A DNA stretch of 64,000 nt from a virus. Taxonomy: Duplodnaviria; Caudoviricetes. Numbering within the stretch: the first letter of the stretch is position 1; each line of letters begins with the position of its first letter. Both the position numbers and the translations under genes were made by a program. The stretch spans positions 3,622-67,621 of IMG/VR virus record IMGVR_UViG_3300033061_001070. One strand, written 5' to 3'. Below the pieces are notes generated by a model that ran no database searches, was not told the origin of the DNA, and was given only the letters and a program-made list of their open reading frames with translations. Positions 8,595-18,008 of this stretch are shown here, in pieces.

Positions 8595-8822
8595 ATGGAA
8601 ATGATAATGTTAGAACATGCCCATAATAAAAGTGAAACATATAAATATTGGTTTATTAATAATAAGAAGGCACAAGAAATACTTGATTTGCATGATTTAG
8701 GAAAAATGCGTCCTTCCGAGTTATTAAGTATGATTTTTGAATTGAGGGGGTGTACTGATTCAATAGATATTATTAAATCTATTATGATTGGAAGTGAATT
8801 GAAATTTGGAGGTATAACCTAG
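8595..8822 (+). CDS. Hypothetical protein
   Basis: 75 aa, AGGAG SD. Confidence 0.55.
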   Translation: MEMIMLEHAHNKSETYKYWFINNKKAQEILDLHDLGKMRPSELLSMIFELRGCTDSIDIIKSIMIGSELKFGGIT

Positions 8823-9011
8823 GTGAACAACAGTTATCGTACACTTAAATTTTGTTGTTGCTGTGGTGCAGTAGCTGAGAAGTGCTGTGCTTATTGTGGT
8901 GAACCAATGTGCATTGGTTGTTACCATGAAAGTAAAATGTGTTGTGATTGTGAGTATCAACGACAAAAAGAGGAACGGGATTATGCCAACGAGCCAAACT
9001 ATAGACCATGA
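8823..9011 (+). CDS. Small Cys-rich zinc-finger protein
   Basis: 62 aa with multiple CxxC pairs. Confidence 0.5.
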   Translation: MNNSYRTLKFCCCCGAVAEKCCAYCGEPMCIGCYHESKMCCDCEYQRQKEERDYANEPNYRP

Positions 9012-9387
9012 AATTATTGAATTTGTAGATACTTCTGCTGGCAGGATAAAGCGAAGGGGATATAGAATTGGAGATTATCTAATTGTCTCCTATGCCTCCA
9101 CAGATGATAAATCCGTATATCGGATTTTCCGAAAAGATACCGGCAAAGAATTTTTATCTTTACGCTTTGGTAATCTTGAAGATACGGTAAATTTTGCAGA
9201 ATGGATAGATAATCTATATGCTCCTTATTTCCCCATTTGGTTAGATTATCCTCAAGCTGATATTGTGGGATTAGCCCGCTGGTCAATTAAGAATGGTCGG
9301 AATATATTTGATCTAATACAGAAGATGAGGAAAGAGAAACAGAAAATATCCTTGGGGGCATGGTTGAAGAATGTCTTTGTTAGATGA
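8983..9387 (+). CDS. Hypothetical protein
   Basis: Likely ATG 8983 after GAGGA SD. Confidence 0.6.
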   Translation: MPTSQTIDHEIIEFVDTSAGRIKRRGYRIGDYLIVSYASTDDKSVYRIFRKDTGKEFLSLRFGNLEDTVNFAEWIDNLYAPYFPIWLDYPQADIVGLARWSIKNGRNIFDLIQKMRKEKQKISLGAWLKNVFVR

Positions 9388-9410
9388 GATAGAGGAGCGA
9401 TTGGATGAGA

Positions 9411-9438
9411 TTGACAAAACTTCCGCTAGAGGTATAAT
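9411..9438 (+). promoter_or_regulatory. Sigma70-type promoter, probably leaderless transcript
   Basis: TTGACA 9411-16, 16 bp, TATAAT 9433-38; ATG at 9448 near the expected +1. Confidence 0.7.
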
Positions 9439-9447
9439 ATGGATATT

Positions 9448-9660
9448 ATGACCCAAAAGATTATCACAACTTCAATTGCGGCATCCCTATTAAAAATAAG
9501 TCCTAGACGAATTAGACAACTTATTGGCAAAGGGAAGATTAAGGCATGGAAAATTGGGCGCGATTGGGTTATAGATAATATATCTTTAGCAGAGGTAAAA
9601 GTTTATGGAAAACGTGGTAGACCTAAAAGTAGCCAGAAGGTTTTGGCAAAAAGTAGATAA
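9448..9660 (+). CDS. Excisionase/MerR-like HTH DNA-binding protein (HTH_17-type)
   Basis: TTSIAASLLKISPRRIRQLIGKGKIKAWKIGRDWVI pattern. Confidence 0.8.
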   Translation: MTQKIITTSIAASLLKISPRRIRQLIGKGKIKAWKIGRDWVIDNISLAEVKVYGKRGRPKSSQKVLAKSR

Positions 9661-10087
9661 ACAAGGAGAAAATGAATGTTGGAATTGGATAGGTGCAAAA
9701 AGCGGATATAGATATGGAAGTTTTTCTATTCATTCCTATACTCAGATAAAAGCACATAGACTTTCTTGGTTAATTCATTTTGGAGACATTCCAAAAGGGA
9801 TGTTAGTTTGCCATAAATGTGATAATTCGCTTTGTGTGAATCCTAAACATTTATTCTTAGGAACTACAACAGATAATATGAGAGATATGACTAGAAAGGG
9901 GAGACATGCAAATATGGCAGGAGAACATAATCCTAGAGCAAAATTATGTAATGAGGATATTATTGAAATAAAAGAAAAATATGAATCGGGGAAATTCAAA
10001 CAGAAAGAATTGGCAAATTTGTATGGGATTGTTCAAACAGGAATTTCTTGTATTATTTTAGGAAAGACTTGGAAGAATGTCAAATAA
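9605..10087 (+). CDS. HNH homing endonuclease
   Basis: RFWQKVDK..ECWNWIG..AHRLSW..VCHKCDNSLCVNPKHLFLGTTTDNMRD; C-terminal HTH ending GKTWKNV. Confidence 0.9.
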   Translation: MENVVDLKVARRFWQKVDKQGENECWNWIGAKSGYRYGSFSIHSYTQIKAHRLSWLIHFGDIPKGMLVCHKCDNSLCVNPKHLFLGTTTDNMRDMTRKGRHANMAGEHNPRAKLCNEDIIEIKEKYESGKFKQKELANLYGIVQTGISCIILGKTWKNVK

Positions 10088-10931
10088 TATATTAGACGAA
10101 ATAGAGGAACGACTTCCAAATGCTCATAGATATGAAAATTATTTAAGTGGACTTTGTGTTTGGCATGAGGATACTCGAAATTCTCTGTTGGTTTATGAGG
10201 ATACTTACAACTGCCTAGCATGTAGGAAATATGGCAAGACTAGAGATTTGCTAAAGAAATTATCTGGTTTTGCTTTTGTTCCTCGACAATCTGACTTTCA
10301 TAATCCTTTTACTAAATGGTTGCAGGATTATGGAAGTTTGGCTAAAGTTTTGAAATTGGCATGGGAAAATAATAAGCGCAATCCTTCCATCTATCTTAGA
10401 GATGTAAGGAAAATTCCTGTAAATATTCAGATAGAATTAGGGATTGGGCAGATGGAAAATTGGATTACATTTCCCATTCGGGATAAAGATGGTAAAATAG
10501 AGGGAGCAGTCGCAAGAGCGGGGGAGGGCAATCCTTCCCCCTCAAAATATATTGTCCCTAGTGGACAAGACCCAAACCTTATATATGTACCAGATTGGAA
10601 AAGGTTAAATGCGCAAGACCCAATTTATTGTACCTTTGGAATAACTGATATAGTGACCCTGCATATTTGCGGGGTCGCTGGTTTTTCTACCACAAATGGT
10701 AAAAGATTGTCCGATTTGTCCAGATTAGATAGTATTCGTAAAAGGATTATATTTATACCAGATAGAAACGAGGAGATAGATGCAATGAAAATAGCAAAGG
10801 GATTAGGATGGCGAGGAACAGTTGCCAAATGTCGCTATCCTGATGATTGCAAAGACATATCAGACATTTTTATGAAACATCCAGAGGTTTTATTATCTGC
10901 CTTGAGGAGAGATGATGATTTATCCAAATGA
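10077..10931 (+). CDS. DNA primase (Zn-finger plus TOPRIM)
   Basis: CVWHED..YNCLAC zinc finger, ITFPIRD, FIPDRNE TOPRIM motif. Confidence 0.8.
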   Translation: MSNNILDEIEERLPNAHRYENYLSGLCVWHEDTRNSLLVYEDTYNCLACRKYGKTRDLLKKLSGFAFVPRQSDFHNPFTKWLQDYGSLAKVLKLAWENNKRNPSIYLRDVRKIPVNIQIELGIGQMENWITFPIRDKDGKIEGAVARAGEGNPSPSKYIVPSGQDPNLIYVPDWKRLNAQDPIYCTFGITDIVTLHICGVAGFSTTNGKRLSDLSRLDSIRKRIIFIPDRNEEIDAMKIAKGLGWRGTVAKCRYPDDCKDISDIFMKHPEVLLSALRRDDDLSK

Positions 10932-11553
10932 TTTTATTAATAAAATAATATATGGAGATTTCAAAAATGTACAACAATATATCCCCGATAATTCTATTGA
11001 TTTAGTATTCACCGATCCTCCATATTTGAAGGAGTTCCTTTATACTTATGAGTATTTAGCGGATTATTGTCCTCGGATGATGAGGCATGGAGCATCTTTG
11101 ATATGTATTGCCGCCCATTATGCAATTCCTAATATAATAAAATATTTTGACGAGAAATTGAAATATCGTTGGATATTGAATATGAACCAAGAAGATGGCT
11201 CTCATCCTCGTATGCTTATGGGGATTGAGGTAATGTGGAAACCTATGTTATGGTATGTGAAAGGCTCATATCCATCTGGTAGGGGATTTCTTAGAGATGC
11301 AGTAAAAATTAATGGTAAATCTGGTCAAGAAAAGAAGTTACATAAATGGGAACAAGATGAGGATTGGGCAGAATATTATATTAAACGATTAACTAAAGAA
11401 GGCGATACCGTGTTAGACCCTTATATTGGCTCTGGAACTGTTGCTATAGTTTGTAAAAAATTAAATCGTAATTTTATTGGCATAGACATTTCTCAAGAAT
11501 ATTGTGATATTGCAAATAAGAGGATACAAGATGCCCTCAACTTGGTTAGATAA
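10912..11553 (+). CDS. DNA N6-adenine/N4-cytosine methyltransferase
   Basis: DLVFTDPPY catalytic motif and VLDPYIGSGT SAM-binding motif. Confidence 0.9.
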   Translation: MMIYPNDFINKIIYGDFKNVQQYIPDNSIDLVFTDPPYLKEFLYTYEYLADYCPRMMRHGASLICIAAHYAIPNIIKYFDEKLKYRWILNMNQEDGSHPRMLMGIEVMWKPMLWYVKGSYPSGRGFLRDAVKINGKSGQEKKLHKWEQDEDWAEYYIKRLTKEGDTVLDPYIGSGTVAIVCKKLNRNFIGIDISQEYCDIANKRIQDALNLVR

Positions 11554-12697
11554 CTCTGAAATTACAACTGGTTTGGTATTAAATGGAAAGATTAGTCCCA
11601 ATTTAGTGCGTCCTGATATGTTTCATCCCCCTTATGATGAAGTAGTCAAACATTGGAAAGATGGACAATCACCAGAGACAATCATTCAGAAGGTAGGACT
11701 AATGCCTATCCAAGCCGCACATGAAGCGGTAAGAAACATGAATGGGGTTGGCGAATTAAATTGGGTAGAGATATTGGAGCAATCAGCAGTTATGTACAGC
11801 GCGGGGCAACGATTAGAGAAATTGAGCAAGAAACTCAATCGAGGCGAAGAAATAGAATGGGCGCAATTAACTGCAATAGCCAGAACTTCCCAAGCAGGAA
11901 TAGTAGGTAGTTTTGTGCCTTTATCCGAAATAAAAGCAATGGAGATGCCTTTTATCCCTTCTGGTTGGAAACCTTGGGATGAGCATTTGGTAGGTTATCC
12001 CGAAGTTGGATTAGTAATTGTTGGTGGGAATCCTGGTGTGGGTAAGACGAGTATCCTATGTAAGATGGCACAGAAGTTTATCCAACAATATCCTCAAAAG
12101 AATGTAGCCTTTTTCTCAATTGAAATGATATTATCTGAAATTGCAATGCGCCTCCGAGAAATAGAGACATTGAGCAAAGATGATGAACAACGTCTCCATG
12201 TATGTGAACAACCTGTAACCCCTGAAGAGGTAATAAGCAAGGCGGCAACGATTGATAATTTAGGATTAGTAGTAGTAGATTATATAGATCAAATGGTTCG
12301 TGGGGATAGTAGCACGAGCGCAATGGAGCATATTTATCTAACTCTTATGCTTGGGGCTAAACAACTTCATTGCCCAATTATTGCTGCCGCACAATTGAAT
12401 AGTTATGAAAGTGGATTACCTAAGCCTACAAACCTGCGTTGGACGAGATTAGCGGAAGCACAAGCATGGATGATAGTAATGCCCTATGACCCTGCAAAAG
12501 ATTGGCATAGCAAAGATGATGTTAATGGCTATTTCCTCCCTACGGTAGATAATACCGCTTATCTTCTAGTTTGGAAAATCAGAGGAGGCTTTAGACTTCA
12601 TCTTGAAGATTGTCCAGGTGCAATCCAAATTGCCTTTCGTGGAGAGCATGGTTGGGGCAATACTAGAAGTAGATGGTTTAGTTTGAAGAAATTCTAA
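11531..12697 (+). CDS. dnaB: DnaB-like replicative helicase
   Basis: Walker A GGNPGVGKTS, FFSIEM, VVVDYID, AAAQLN motifs. Confidence 0.85.
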   Translation: MPSTWLDNSEITTGLVLNGKISPNLVRPDMFHPPYDEVVKHWKDGQSPETIIQKVGLMPIQAAHEAVRNMNGVGELNWVEILEQSAVMYSAGQRLEKLSKKLNRGEEIEWAQLTAIARTSQAGIVGSFVPLSEIKAMEMPFIPSGWKPWDEHLVGYPEVGLVIVGGNPGVGKTSILCKMAQKFIQQYPQKNVAFFSIEMILSEIAMRLREIETLSKDDEQRLHVCEQPVTPEEVISKAATIDNLGLVVVDYIDQMVRGDSSTSAMEHIYLTLMLGAKQLHCPIIAAAQLNSYESGLPKPTNLRWTRLAEAQAWMIVMPYDPAKDWHSKDDVNGYFLPTVDNTAYLLVWKIRGGFRLHLEDCPGAIQIAFRGEHGWGNTRSRWFSLKKF

Positions 12698-12728
12698 TGA
12701 AACTCTAATGTTTGAAGTATTGACACAG

Positions 12729-12737
12729 TGTTATAAT
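12729..12737 (+). promoter_or_regulatory. Extended -10 promoter overlapped by the 13-bp palindrome
   Basis: TG-T-TATAAT 12729-37 overlapping TGACACAGTGTTA 12721-33, upstream of the polymerase operon. Confidence 0.6.
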
Positions 12738-12767
12738 AGTTTAGCGAAAATGGCTATGTTATAAAAA

Positions 12768-13073
12768 TTGGAAATGAAAAGGAGAATAAAAATGCCTGAT
12801 CTAGAGAAATATTTAGATTTTGATGAGAGCAAAGAGGAATATCCAGAATTTGAATGGCAACCTTGGAAAGATTATGCCCCAATGGGGAAAAAGATTTTTC
12901 GCGGAGATTTGGAGGAAGAAATAAAAGAACCTCCATGTAAATATTGTACTTATTGGCATCCTCATAGACATCATAATGATGAGGGCGATTTTGTTGGAGT
13001 TCATTGTTGTACTGCACATGATATGGAAAATGATTTTTCTTGTTATATAAAAAATGGATTAATGCCCAAATAA
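12768..13073 (+). CDS. Cys/His-rich hypothetical protein
   Basis: 101 aa, PCKYCTYWHPH..HCC..CY. Confidence 0.55.
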   Translation: MEMKRRIKMPDLEKYLDFDESKEEYPEFEWQPWKDYAPMGKKIFRGDLEEEIKEPPCKYCTYWHPHRHHNDEGDFVGVHCCTAHDMENDFSCYIKNGLMPK

Positions 13074-13075
13074 AG

Positions 13076-14758
13076 ATGCAGATAATTCAAGACCTTCCTC
13101 CCATATTCCCTAGAAATACTTATGTTGCTATAGATGTAGAGTTATTTGGCATGAATAAGAAGATCTTACATCGCCCAACAACAGGAAGGTTTGCTTGTCT
13201 CACTATCTGCGCTGATCCTGATATAGTTTATATCTTTGATAAAACTTCTGATATACAACCAATATTAAATCAATTATGGGATTGTATTTGGGTGGCACAG
13301 GAAGCCAAGTTTGATTTGACCCAACTTCGCAGGTGGGCAACTATAAATCCTCGCAGAAAACTATGGGATACATTGCTCATTGAGCGCATAATGTTTGGTG
13401 GACTTTATGATATGTTTGCCCTTCAACATCTTGCAAGGCGACATTTGAATATTTATGTAGATAAATCTCTACAGAAGGCATGGGAGAAAGCAAATGAACT
13501 TACACCAGAACTTATCCAATATGCCTGCACAGATGCAAGCATTACATTACAAATCTGCCAAGAGCAACGAAAAATTATCTCCAAGGCGGAAATGTGGTGC
13601 TGGATGGAGATTGAGCAACCGGCGTTGTGGGCAATCCTAGATTTTCAAGGCTTCGCATTGGATGTAGAAGCATGGACAGCATTGGCAGAGAAGAATAGGC
13701 AGAGGACAGAAGAGATCAATAAGCAATTTACTTTCAATCCTCGTTCCCCCGCCCAAGTAAAGAAGATATTATGGGAGAATGGATTTATTAATCTCAAGGA
13801 TACGCAAGAGAAAACATTATCTAAGATGATTGCTAGGAAATCGCATACTGAAGCGGCTAAGATTGCTAGACAAGTCTTAGATAGTCGCATGTATGCAAAG
13901 AGAGCATCTACCTATGGCTTAGGTTGGATAGAAAACTATCTTGAAGATGAGGAGGGAATAAAGGTAATCCATGCAGATTTTGGAGTAATTGGAGCAGAAA
14001 CTTCAAGAATGAATTGTACCAGTCCTAATCTCCAAAATGTGCCTTTACGGGATACTAATGAATTTAGAGAATGCTTTATTTCTCGCCCCAATCATGTCCT
14101 CATTGTTGCAGATTATTCTGCCCAAGAACCAAGGATAACTGCACACCTTTCCCAAGATAAAAGATTATTAGAGATATTCCATTCAGGAGATGATGTATAT
14201 TGTGAGACCTATCGCCTGATGTATGGAAAGAAATTGGGAAGGGACAATCCAATCCGCAATAGAATGAAAACAGTATTTTTAGGTATGAGTTATGGATTGT
14301 CTGAATATGGATTATCTATGCAGGAAGGAATAGATAAAGATGAGGCGGCAGAGATGATTGCTGGTATCTTCCGTGTCTTTACTGGCTTTGCAGAATGGGC
14401 AGAGCGACAACGACATAATAAGAATTTTGTGAGGACGGTGACAGGACGCAAAGTTTGGTTAAATCCCTATAATTCACAATGTGAGAACAACACATTGAAT
14501 GCGCCAATCCAGGGGACGGCGGCAGAGATTACCAAGAGAGCATTAGGATTGATGCATAAGAATTGGAAGTTTGATTTCCCATTTGGTGTGGTTGCTGTAA
14601 TCCATGATGAGATTGTGCTGGACGTACCTGAGCGGGTGGGAGATGGAGTATCAAGATTTGTGAAGAAACACATGATAGAGGCGGCGCAGGAACTTTGTCC
14701 AACTGTGCTATTCAAAGTAGATATTCATATAGGTCATACATGGGCTTGTAAAGGATAA
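13076..14758 (+). CDS. polA: Family A DNA polymerase (3'-5' exonuclease plus polymerase, no 5' nuclease)
   Basis: AIDVE ExoI, SPNLQNVP, ADYSAQEPRI motif A, KTVFLGMSYG motif B, NAPIQGTAA, IHDEIV motif C. Confidence 0.93.
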   Translation: MQIIQDLPPIFPRNTYVAIDVELFGMNKKILHRPTTGRFACLTICADPDIVYIFDKTSDIQPILNQLWDCIWVAQEAKFDLTQLRRWATINPRRKLWDTLLIERIMFGGLYDMFALQHLARRHLNIYVDKSLQKAWEKANELTPELIQYACTDASITLQICQEQRKIISKAEMWCWMEIEQPALWAILDFQGFALDVEAWTALAEKNRQRTEEINKQFTFNPRSPAQVKKILWENGFINLKDTQEKTLSKMIARKSHTEAAKIARQVLDSRMYAKRASTYGLGWIENYLEDEEGIKVIHADFGVIGAETSRMNCTSPNLQNVPLRDTNEFRECFISRPNHVLIVADYSAQEPRITAHLSQDKRLLEIFHSGDDVYCETYRLMYGKKLGRDNPIRNRMKTVFLGMSYGLSEYGLSMQEGIDKDEAAEMIAGIFRVFTGFAEWAERQRHNKNFVRTVTGRKVWLNPYNSQCENNTLNAPIQGTAAEITKRALGLMHKNWKFDFPFGVVAVIHDEIVLDVPERVGDGVSRFVKKHMIEAAQELCPTVLFKVDIHIGHTWACKG

Positions 14759-14769
14759 AGGAGATAAAA

Positions 14770-14919
14770 ATGACAGGAATATTCATGGGTTTTGTACTTG
14801 TTGCGTATGCAATAAATTATCCGTTATTACACAATGCACCTTTAAATCTTATTGCTTGTGCCATTATTGGAATGACTTGGTGTATTGCCTTCGATATAAA
14901 ACATTTCATGGGTAAATAA
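14770..14919 (+). CDS. Small membrane protein
   Basis: Translated manually, 49 aa, two hydrophobic segments; AGGAG SD. Confidence 0.5.
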   Translation: MTGIFMGFVLVAYAINYPLLHNAPLNLIACAIIGMTWCIAFDIKHFMGK

Positions 14920-14920
14920 T

Positions 14921-15430
14921 ATGTCTTGGGAAGATGAATATAATCTCTATACTTGTCCTCATTGTAAGACAGAGGATTTAGTCTTACCTGTGGGCAATCC
15001 TGTATCTCCAATTCTAATCATTGGTGAATTTCCAGGAAAAGATGAAATCAAACAGGGTCGTCCATTGGTAGGTGCAATAGGAGCAATTGTCCATCAAGAG
15101 TTTCTCTATCTTGGCTGCGATATACGACAATGGCGCATCACAAATCTCTGGTTGCATAAGCCAAATGATGATAAGTATTGTTTTGAATTTTGCGCCCAGA
15201 AAGCAATAGCAGAAGCCAAAGATAGGAAAGCCATTCTCCTGTTGGGGTCAAGTAGTGTAGATTATTTCTGTGATATGAAGGTAAGTGAGGTAGCAGGATT
15301 AAAAGTAAAGTCACCTTATTTATCTTGTCCATTAATAATGGCATGTTCGCATCCCTCATTTGCATCAGGGATCGGAGAGTTTCGACTTTCTGCTAAAAAA
15401 TTTGTGAAGGAGATTGAAGGATTATTATGA
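14921..15430 (+). CDS. Uracil-DNA glycosylase family 4-like protein
   Basis: [27 protein letters not shown] and HPS motifs. Confidence 0.85.
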   Translation: MSWEDEYNLYTCPHCKTEDLVLPVGNPVSPILIIGEFPGKDEIKQGRPLVGAIGAIVHQEFLYLGCDIRQWRITNLWLHKPNDDKYCFEFCAQKAIAEAKDRKAILLLGSSSVDYFCDMKVSEVAGLKVKSPYLSCPLIMACSHPSFASGIGEFRLSAKKFVKEIEGLL

Positions 15431-16098
15431 AAGATGATGAACTAATATTACTTGGTGGATTAGACCAGCCTATTCCTACAGATAATGATTGGGCATTGAA
15501 GCGTATAGATGCCATCATTCAGGAGAGCATCGAGAAAAAGAATGCTTATATCGCTCTCAATGCCTGTAAAGAATTGGTTGGAGTAATGAAGATTGGTGGA
15601 CTATCCCTAGCCAAAGGTCTCTATCTTATCCAAGAGAATTGGGATATTTATGGATTGAATGATGCATTTGCGGATGTTGCCTATGCTTATATTGGCTTGC
15701 ATGAGTACACAGTATCTCGCTATTGCAATGTATGGAAGATGTTTGCCAAAGAGATCGTCCCTGCCGAAATGATGGAAGAATTACAACAGCGTAATATCAA
15801 GGAACTTATCCCCGTGGCTACTGCAATCTCCCAAGGATATGAACTTGGCAAATCTGATTGGCAAGAAATCTCGGAAGCCCCCGACTTTAGCACCGTGTCA
15901 CGATTGATGAGAGACATCAAGGGGCAACCCCCCCGCAAAGGTAGTTTACAATTAATGATAGATAGGTCTGGCAGTCTATGGGCATTCCAAAATAATGACC
16001 GCTTCTTTGTGGGTTCATTAGAACTCAACAGCGATGAAGAAGTTATCCAGAAGGCAGTCCAAAGAATTATTAGTAATGCAGGAGTAATGAAACAATGA
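15427..16098 (+). CDS. Hypothetical protein, possible HTH
   Basis: 223 aa; IGLHEYTVSRYCNVW segment is HTH-like. Confidence 0.6.
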   Translation: MKDDELILLGGLDQPIPTDNDWALKRIDAIIQESIEKKNAYIALNACKELVGVMKIGGLSLAKGLYLIQENWDIYGLNDAFADVAYAYIGLHEYTVSRYCNVWKMFAKEIVPAEMMEELQQRNIKELIPVATAISQGYELGKSDWQEISEAPDFSTVSRLMRDIKGQPPRKGSLQLMIDRSGSLWAFQNNDRFFVGSLELNSDEEVIQKAVQRIISNAGVMKQ

Positions 16099-16465
16099 CA
16101 ATAGAAATATAATCTTTCGCTTGAGGGTTCGATAAAGCAGATGCAAACTTTAGCGAAGAAGTTTCCTAAAGAATGGGCGATTGTGAAGGTATTCAATCCA
16201 GAGATTAGAAGTCATGTGCTTGTGCTGAGGAAGATTTAGCATGGTTGCAATATATGTCTGGTTTCCTTACGCCTTAATATTTATAGTCTTATTGTTTTAT
16301 CGTTCTTTGAACGGATAAGGAGAATTGTTATGGAAGTAAAAATGGCGATTGAGATTGTGCGGTCATTACTACACTTATGGATTGGCACTATAGCCATATT
16401 CCCTGTAGGAATATTGGGGTTTTATTTGCTAGTGAAGCTGATGTATTGGATAGATGGAGCGTAAA

Positions 16466-16591
16466 ATGGCTAAGAAAGTGGAATTTCACAACACGATATA
16501 TACTCCAGATGAATTGCGAACTGATATGTATGGAGTTAGTAGGGCATGCATTGAGAAAGTTGTACACAGAGAGACTTGGAGGCATATATGA
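16466..16591 (+). pseudogene. Relic of an HNH endonuclease C-terminal HTH (41 aa)
   Basis: YGVSRACIEKVVHRETWRHI resembles the C-terminus of HNH 9605-10087 (YGIVQTGISCIILGKTWKNV); stop overlaps the recA ATG. Confidence 0.45.
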
Positions 16592-17577
16592 GCATAGAAT
16601 TTACAGGCGGAGCAACCACAATAGAAAGAAAGATTACTGGTCTATATAGTTTGGATAGAGCCTTCATAGGCATAGAGAATGAAATTGGAGTGCCTCTTGG
16701 TTCTGCCTATGAAATTTTTGGTGTAAGTTCTACAGGTAAATCTACTTTTTGTTATGGATTTGCGGGATTGTTGGCTCCTCCAGTAGGTATTGTTTTATGT
16801 GATTTTGAGGGATATGTCCTTAAACATATTGAAAGTGTTTTATCCGCTATAGGATTTTCGGGACGTTTTCATATTCTTCAAGAGAAAGAGGATGAGGATC
16901 AACTTAATGAGACCATTTCATTTCTATATAAGGATGAGTTCTCTACAGGAATTGTAGATAGTTTGGGTGCAATTTCTCCAATAGCAGAACAAGAAGGGGA
17001 TATTGGAGAGGCTAATATGGGCAGGCGCGCATTCATTGTTGCCCAATTCAATCGTAAAGCACTAAAATTGTTTAGATATCATCCCCAAAAGGTTATCCTA
17101 GAAATTAATCATTATTATCCTAGGATTGGTACACGAGGATATATGTCCCCCGCCGGAGAAGTAAAGAAATATTTGGCGGCAATACGAATTAAACTAAAAA
17201 GAAATAAAGAATATCCTGATGGTTCATATATATTGGAGGGCGAGGTTGTGAAGAACCGACATGGATATATAGGTCGAAAGTTTTATGTGTTTATGCTGGC
17301 AGGCAAGGGTATCCATATAGGACTAACTGCTATGTGGGATGCTATCCAATTGGGATTAGTGGAATATAAAAAGACAATCAAGATTGGAGATACCCAATTT
17401 GGCTATATGAAGGATATAGTAATGAAAGCCCATGCTGGAGAGGATGAATTTTTCCAACCTTTTGTAGAGATTTTGAAAGGAGCAGATAATGGAAGTAGAG
17501 ATATTGAAATCGGAGACAATGACGAGGAACGGAGCGGAAATACAGAAGTTGAAGATAATTCTACCGAGGGAGATTGA
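16588..17577 (+). CDS. recA: RecA-like recombinase
   Basis: EIFGVSSTGKST Walker A, GIVDSLGAISP..EQEGDIGEANMGRRA, VVKNR. Confidence 0.85.
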   Translation: MSIEFTGGATTIERKITGLYSLDRAFIGIENEIGVPLGSAYEIFGVSSTGKSTFCYGFAGLLAPPVGIVLCDFEGYVLKHIESVLSAIGFSGRFHILQEKEDEDQLNETISFLYKDEFSTGIVDSLGAISPIAEQEGDIGEANMGRRAFIVAQFNRKALKLFRYHPQKVILEINHYYPRIGTRGYMSPAGEVKKYLAAIRIKLKRNKEYPDGSYILEGEVVKNRHGYIGRKFYVFMLAGKGIHIGLTAMWDAIQLGLVEYKKTIKIGDTQFGYMKDIVMKAHAGEDEFFQPFVEILKGADNGSRDIEIGDNDEERSGNTEVEDNSTEGD

Positions 17578-18007
17578 TATATCTACGATGTGTCTAGGAT
17601 TTGACCCAGGTACTACTAATCTAGGTATCGCTGTGATTGAGCCAGAAGTAAATTCTCATGCTACATTATTTCAAATCAAGCTGGTTCGCCGTAAGGATGC
17701 TATAGAAAGAATGAGAGGAATACAGTATCTTATGTGGGATTGTATAAATTGGCTTTCTTATAAATATAAGGCAGTTATTGAGGGGGCAAGTTTTGGTAAT
17801 CCTTATCGTCAGGTAGAACTAGCAGAAGTTAGAGCAACCATCGCATTGTGGTGTTTAGATAGAGGCGAATCTATGATAATTCCTCCTAATACTATTCGTA
17901 AGGCAGTATTTGGAAATGGAAAGATCAAAGCACATGAAGTATGGGAGAACCTACCTCCCGATGCGGCGGCGGCTTTATCCTGTGCTTATTATGCGGTGGA
18001 GAATTAA
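17489..18007 (+). CDS. ruvC: RuvC-like Holliday junction resolvase
   Basis: LGFDPGTTNLG, VIEG, IPPNTIRKAVFGNGK, DAAAAL motifs. Confidence 0.85.
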   Translation: MEVEILKSETMTRNGAEIQKLKIILPREIDISTMCLGFDPGTTNLGIAVIEPEVNSHATLFQIKLVRRKDAIERMRGIQYLMWDCINWLSYKYKAVIEGASFGNPYRQVELAEVRATIALWCLDRGESMIIPPNTIRKAVFGNGKIKAHEVWENLPPDAAAALSCAYYAVEN

Positions 18008-18008
18008 T

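Noticed and set aside
9448-9660. Excisionase implying an integration module
   Set aside because: No tyrosine/serine integrase or att-like context in the window; the HTH sits in an HNH cassette
15720-16196. Long antisense ORFs (e.g. 15720-16196 -, 40633-41130 +, 48570-49145 +, 60175-61044 +)
   Set aside because: Shadows of well-supported genes on the opposite strand, with no SD or recognisable motifs
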